NCBI GenBank assembly: GCA_947053455.1
Contig: CAMRSV010000015.1
Span: 1-11,112 of the forward strand
Reading direction: 5' to 3'
Length of the DNA: 11,112 nt
Source of the DNA: an uncultured Alphaproteobacteria bacterium
GTDB taxonomy: Bacteria; Pseudomonadota; Alphaproteobacteria; Rs-D84
Shown: in pieces, positions 6,709 to 11,112 of the stretch
Position numbering within the stretch: position 1 is the stretch's first letter
How the letters are laid out: each line of letters starts with the position of its first letter
Notes under the pieces: model-generated
Told to the model about the DNA's origin: nothing
Seen by the model: the letters and a program-made list of their open reading frames with translations, nothing else
The model's database searches: none
Translations under genes and position numbers: made by a program

Positions 6709-7611
6709 TTATTGTTTCATTTGACATGCGCATGCAATCGAATACATCTTTGATGTGTCAGAATCTGAACGCGAATTAACCACAACAGGCGCACGCGCCC
6801 CCATAATAAGGCCCCCCATAACCCAATCACCAAATTGTGTCATGGCCTTGATAGTATTGTTTCCCGCATCTATGTTATGAAACAACAATATATCGGCATC
6901 GCCCGCCACCGGGCCGGTTATAGCCTTGGCATTTGCTGCGGACTGCGACACAGCAACATCCAGCGCAATCGGACCGGAAACAATGCATCCATCTATTTCG
7001 CCGCTTTCATTTTTTTGCTGCAAAGCCACCGCATCCACCGTCGACTGCATCGCAGGGTTTAATGTTTCAACCGGACACAATGGCGCCACGCGCGGGCATG
7101 AAACACCGGCTGCATTCGCGAATTGAACCGCATTTTGAATTAAACGCACCTTGGTTTCCAAATCCGGATACATAACCATCGCAACATCAGTTAAAAATAA
7201 TATTCTGTTTCGCGACGGCGAATACATCGCCGCCACATGGGACAGCAAACCCGACGCCCCACGTATCCCCGTTTCACGATTAAGCACCGCATGCAGCAAG
7301 TCCGACGTATGAACCAATCCCTTCATTAAAATATCGGCGCGTCCGTCCCGTATCAATGACACCGCCGCGGCCACAGTTTCGGCCTCGCCATGAACGTCAA
7401 TGATTTCAAAATCTGAAATATTTATACCGTTGTCAACAGCAACTGATTTAATCCGTGCCGCATCACCAAACAAAACTGTGCGTGCAAATCCCATGTCAAA
7501 TGCGTGCCGCACCGCACACAATGCGGCGGGGTCTTCCGCCCCGGCCAGTGCGATTGTACGCATATGCGCTGGGCGCATCGTTAACAACTTCCTTTCAAAA
7601 TCCGGATTCAT
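6709..7611 (-). CDS. ptb: Phosphate butyryltransferase / phosphate acyltransferase (PTA_PTB family)
   Basis: ADILMKGLVHTS, LLSHV, LTDVAM..YPD, SGPIALDVAVS..AA..K, VAGDADILL..NIDAGN, MGARAPVVVNSRSDS motifs. Start at ATG 7611 (MNPDF) after GAGG. Substrate specificity cannot be determined from sequence. Confidence 0.88.
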   Translation of the reverse strand: MNPDFERKLLTMRPAHMRTIALAGAEDPAALCAVRHAFDMGFARTVLFGDAARIKSVAVDNGINISDFEIIDVHGEAETVAAAVSLIRDGRADILMKGLVHTSDLLHAVLNRETGIRGASGLLSHVAAMYSPSRNRILFLTDVAMVMYPDLETKVRLIQNAVQFANAAGVSCPRVAPLCPVETLNPAMQSTVDAVALQQKNESGEIDGCIVSGPIALDVAVSQSAANAKAITGPVAGDADILLFHNIDAGNNTIKAMTQFGDWVMGGLIMGARAPVVVNSRSDSDTSKMYSIACACQMKQ

Positions 7612-7631
7612 TGAAAAACCTCTCTGGGCAA

Positions 7632-7660
7632 ATAATACGCCCATTGAAAAAATCATACAA
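7632..7660 (-). promoter_or_regulatory. sigma70-type promoter for ptb
   Basis: TTGTAT (7660-7655), 17 bp, TATTAT (7637-7632). Confidence 0.6.
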
Positions 7661-7676
7661 GGGGAAATGCCTCCCC
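7647..7676 (-). terminator. Probable terminator of the lipoprotein gene
   Basis: GGGGA-GGCATT-TCCCC followed by TTGTATGATTTTTT (imperfect U-tract). Confidence 0.55.
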
Positions 7677-7708
7677 AGCCAAATCAAATTCTTTTACAAC
7701 GATATTAA

Positions 7709-8431
7709 TTATCCTAAATCATTAGATATTGCTTTTTCGCGCGCAGCCTCAAACGCGGCCACATCACCATCAAAATCCGCCAAATTTGCAACCAGTTCCT
7801 GGATGAACAATTTCTCAAACTTGGTACCGATTTCCTTATTTGCCGCGGGATAATTAATACGAACCTTTAACAAGGCGCCGTTGTATACCGTCAAATACAT
7901 TATAGATATAACATCCAGATTATTAGTCCGCATATCATACGCCCGATATTCAAAACGTTTAAACTCAATAGATTTATCAATTCCGGTAATATTTGTAAAT
8001 CCGTCCGACATAACACGGATATTTTTATATTGCTTACCCTCTGCACTTTTCAAGGTATTGGTTTCGGTGTTATAAATACTGGCAAACGCATTAGAATGAA
8101 CGTCTGTCGGCATATCTGTCGGCTTTATACGCATATGATATGCAAAAACAGTTGCCATAAAATTATCACCATATTCATAATGTTTTGAATACCCCAACCC
8201 ATTGACACTGTTTTCATAATTTTCAAATTTATAAAATGGCGCCATAACCAGTGAATTTGACACCCCGCCAATCAATGCAATGGTCTTGTCATTTGGGATA
8301 TAATTTTGACGAGTCGCCCGCATAAAAGCATCATTTTTCTTTAATCCGGCCAAATCAGTACGCCCCGGATTATATGTTTGAAAACATCCAACCAGCAACA
8401 AACACAAAATACTTATAAAGACTTTTTTCAT
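7709..8431 (-). CDS. Putative lipoprotein (~240 aa)
   Basis: MKKVFISILCLLLVG-C lipobox-type signal from ATG 8431, with a GGGTG RBS. The longer GTG-start extension runs through the promoter and terminator. Confidence 0.8.
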   Translation of the reverse strand: MKKVFISILCLLLVGCFQTYNPGRTDLAGLKKNDAFMRATRQNYIPNDKTIALIGGVSNSLVMAPFYKFENYENSVNGLGYSKHYEYGDNFMATVFAYHMRIKPTDMPTDVHSNAFASIYNTETNTLKSAEGKQYKNIRVMSDGFTNITGIDKSIEFKRFEYRAYDMRTNNLDVISIMYLTVYNGALLKVRINYPAANKEIGTKFEKLFIQELVANLADFDGDVAAFEAAREKAISNDLG

Positions 8432-8461
8432 ATTAATTTCACCCACGTTGAATATATTTAT

Positions 8462-8490
8462 ATTATAAGCAGCCATATAACCGGCCGCAA
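8462..8490 (-). promoter_or_regulatory. sigma70-type promoter for the lipoprotein gene
   Basis: TTGCGG (8490-8485), 17 bp, TATAAT (8467-8462). Confidence 0.65.
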
Positions 8491-8492
8491 AT

Positions 8493-8519
8493 AAAAAAAT
8501 GTACCACAAAGGCACATTT
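8493..8519 (-). terminator. Intrinsic terminator of the 8542-8973 gene
   Basis: ATGTGCC-TTTGT-GGTACA followed by T7 on the - strand. Confidence 0.7.
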
Positions 8520-8541
8520 ATAAATATGTAATATGTTAAAC

Positions 8542-8973
8542 TTAACGCTTTTTTATATTAAATACTTTTAATAATATATCAAAAAGCACCGCACCATCTT
8601 CAAATGATTGCCTAAAATTTCTTTCAAACTTAAATGCCCAGAAATAAGTCATACCAGTAAAACACGGCAGCGTTAGCCAAAACATTTCCGAACGCCCGAC
8701 TTCCGTTTTTACACCTTTTGCCAACAATGCGCTTAAAATAGCGCCAATGGCCAGCGACACAACCGCAGTCTTTGCCATATTTGCCAATAATCTTTTATCA
8801 AATTTTTGCGTTTTGGGTAAATTAAACGCATCCGCGAAATCAGATTTAGCCCCATCCTGATACTCATGCCACGCATTAAGGTCTTCTTTAATCAAATGCT
8901 GCTTATCCCGCTTTTTATCGCACGCATCATTCACAATTATTTTCTTGTCCGAGTTCCGGTTATTTTGCGTCAT
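8542..8973 (-). CDS. Hypothetical membrane protein (143 aa, two hydrophobic segments)
   Basis: ORF with AAGGT RBS and its own promoter and terminator. Hydrophobic stretches AVVSLAIGAILSALLA and MFWLTLPCFTGMTYFWAF. Confidence 0.75.
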   Translation of the reverse strand: MTQNNRNSDKKIIVNDACDKKRDKQHLIKEDLNAWHEYQDGAKSDFADAFNLPKTQKFDKRLLANMAKTAVVSLAIGAILSALLAKGVKTEVGRSEMFWLTLPCFTGMTYFWAFKFERNFRQSFEDGAVLFDILLKVFNIKKR

Positions 8974-8998
8974 ATCTTACCTTTATGTTACGCCCAGC

Positions 8999-9027
8999 AA
9001 TATAATACAAACAAATAAAATCGTCAA
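8999..9027 (-). promoter_or_regulatory. sigma70-type promoter for the 8542-8973 gene
   Basis: TTGACG (9027-9022), 17 bp, TATATT (9004-8999). Confidence 0.7.
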
Positions 9028-9040
9028 CGAAATATTTATA

Positions 9041-9073
9041 AAAAATAAAACCGCCCAACGGGCGGCGTTTTTT
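9041..9073 (-). terminator. Intrinsic terminator of the TrpF-like gene (possibly bidirectional)
   Basis: CCGCCC-N3-GGGCGG (9051-9065) with TTTTATTTTT on the - strand and a T-run on the + strand. Confidence 0.85.
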
Positions 9074-9078
9074 ATGAA

Positions 9079-9834
9079 TTAGCGACCGGATTTTTTAATC
9101 CATTGATTAGCTGCTAATACATATTCTCGCGCACGCGCGATATCAAATGTCTTTGTGCCTGGGATTTTTAGCTTACCCTCTGCATCAATCCAAACAATTC
9201 TGTCACCCGCAACAGTGGCGATATTATCCAATTGCATTGCAATATTTTCCGCCCCCAGTCCGCCTGAATATCCGGTTTTATAATGCGCATATGGCGCATG
9301 CCACTGTGTCGGCAGTTTACCCGCACCACCGGATGCGTCATACAACACTGAAAATTTAATCCATGTCCCAATTTTCTGCAATCTCTGTAAAACCATATTG
9401 CTGGCATTTGTTGAATTATGCTGCATTATAAATTCATGGTCTAAATATTTGCCCATCATACCCATCACCCTATATGGATTAATAGAACATTTGCTGCCCG
9501 AATAATTTATCTGCCAGCGTTTAATAACAGGCTGCATATCGTCCGACCGCACCGCAAAAAACCACGGCGCCAAATCTGCGGGTATTTCCCCATTGCTAAA
9601 CTTTTCACAATATTCCATATTTACATGCATTGCCAAATTAAGACGGCGTGGATTATTCCGCACTGCGTGCAATAATTCATCAAACCATACGCGCCGCGGT
9701 GTGCCCATCCCAATTTTGGCCTCTGACGCCTGAACTGCAATTTCAACATCGGAAAATTCATTCATAAATTCGATAAGTTTATCAACCGATGTGTCTTCGC
9801 GTGGGTCACTGCATGTGATTGTGGAAATTTTCAT
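9079..9834 (-). CDS. TrpF (phosphoribosylanthranilate isomerase)-like TIM-barrel protein of unknown function
   Basis: VLYDASGGAG, GYSGGLGAENI and WIDAEGKLK..FD echo the TrpF LLD..GGTG, LAGGL.PENV and VDVSSGVE motifs. AAGGA RBS. The fold call is by motif recognition. Confidence 0.7.
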   Translation of the reverse strand: MKISTITCSDPREDTSVDKLIEFMNEFSDVEIAVQASEAKIGMGTPRRVWFDELLHAVRNNPRRLNLAMHVNMEYCEKFSNGEIPADLAPWFFAVRSDDMQPVIKRWQINYSGSKCSINPYRVMGMMGKYLDHEFIMQHNSTNASNMVLQRLQKIGTWIKFSVLYDASGGAGKLPTQWHAPYAHYKTGYSGGLGAENIAMQLDNIATVAGDRIVWIDAEGKLKIPGTKTFDIARAREYVLAANQWIKKSGR

Positions 9835-9856
9835 TTATTTTCCTTTATTGTTTTAA

Positions 9857-9885
9857 ATGATACCCGCGCAATATGAAAAGTTCAA
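9857..9885 (-). promoter_or_regulatory. sigma70-type promoter for the TrpF-like gene
   Basis: TTGAAC (9885-9880), 17 bp, TATCAT (9862-9857). Confidence 0.65.
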
Positions 9886-9886
9886 T

Positions 9887-9915
9887 AAAAAAACACCCGC
9901 CAATGGCGGGCGTTT
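9887..9915 (-). terminator. rRNA operon terminator
   Basis: AAACGCCCGCC-ATT-GGCGGGTG followed by T7, about 30 nt downstream of 5S rRNA. Confidence 0.9.
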
Positions 9916-9946
9916 AAATCGGTTTTTATATCACAACTGGATTTAT

Positions 9947-10060
9947 TCTGGCGACGACCTACTCTTCCGTGGCTTAAGCCAAAGTACCATCGGCGATACG
10001 GGGTTTCCCTGTCTGGTTCGGGATGGAACAGAGGGTGGCTCCCGCTCAATAATCACCAGA
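9947..10060 (-). rRNA. rrf: 5S ribosomal RNA
   Basis: CTGGTG..CCATCCCGAAC..GAAA..CGCCGATGGTACT..GAGTAGGTCGTCGCCAG, about 114 nt with complementary ends. Ends are approximate to within 2-3 nt. Confidence 0.97.
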
Positions 10061-10078
10061 ATAAATCCAGCGAACATC

Positions 10079-10107
10079 ATAATATAATCTTTAGAATCAC
10101 TTGTCAA
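10079..10107 (-). promoter_or_regulatory. Putative internal promoter upstream of 5S rRNA
   Basis: TTGACA (10107-10102), 17 bp, TATTAT (10084-10079) in the 23S-5S spacer. Confidence 0.65.
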
Positions 10108-10149
10108 CTTTCTCTTCAAGCATTCGTTTGGCAAAACCAAACGATAAGA

Positions 10150-11112
<963 letters not shown>

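Noticed and set aside
7400-7853. + strand ORFs 7400-7708 and 7455-7853
   Set aside because: Antisense to ptb and the lipoprotein gene, with no expression signals.
9887-9946. tRNA-fMet often found after 5S in alphaproteobacterial rrn operons
   Set aside because: Only about 30 nt separate 5S from the terminator, and there is no cloverleaf or T-loop motif.

Overview
Bacterial chromosomal window, most likely from an uncultured, host-associated alphaproteobacterium. The 23S/5S sequence style and the large Cys-rich secreted protein suggest the gut Rs-D84/'Ca. Enterousia'-like lineage, but this is inference only. From left to right: the 3' end of a + strand gene; rplU-rpmA (L21, L27); a ~688-aa secreted Cys-rich protein with a structured leader; a small secreted Cys-repeat protein; a PagL-like lipid A deacylase; a Cys-rich hypothetical; 3-methyladenine DNA glycosylase; a minimal VIT1/CCC1 transporter; two hypotheticals; a stand-alone phosphate butyryl/acyl-transferase; a lipoprotein; a 2-TM hypothetical; an orphan TrpF-like TIM barrel; 5S rRNA; and the 3' ~960 nt of 23S rRNA. 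Most genes appear monocistronic, with a readable sigma70-type promoter, and many have an intrinsic terminator. No CRISPR, tRNA or mobile element was seen. The most notable signals are a near-consensus promoter inside the 23S-5S spacer pointing at a 5S precursor closed by a perfect 15-bp stem, three apparently leaderless genes, a shared basic C-terminal tail on signal-peptide-less hypotheticals, and unusual compensated substitutions next to the peptidyl-transferase centre.
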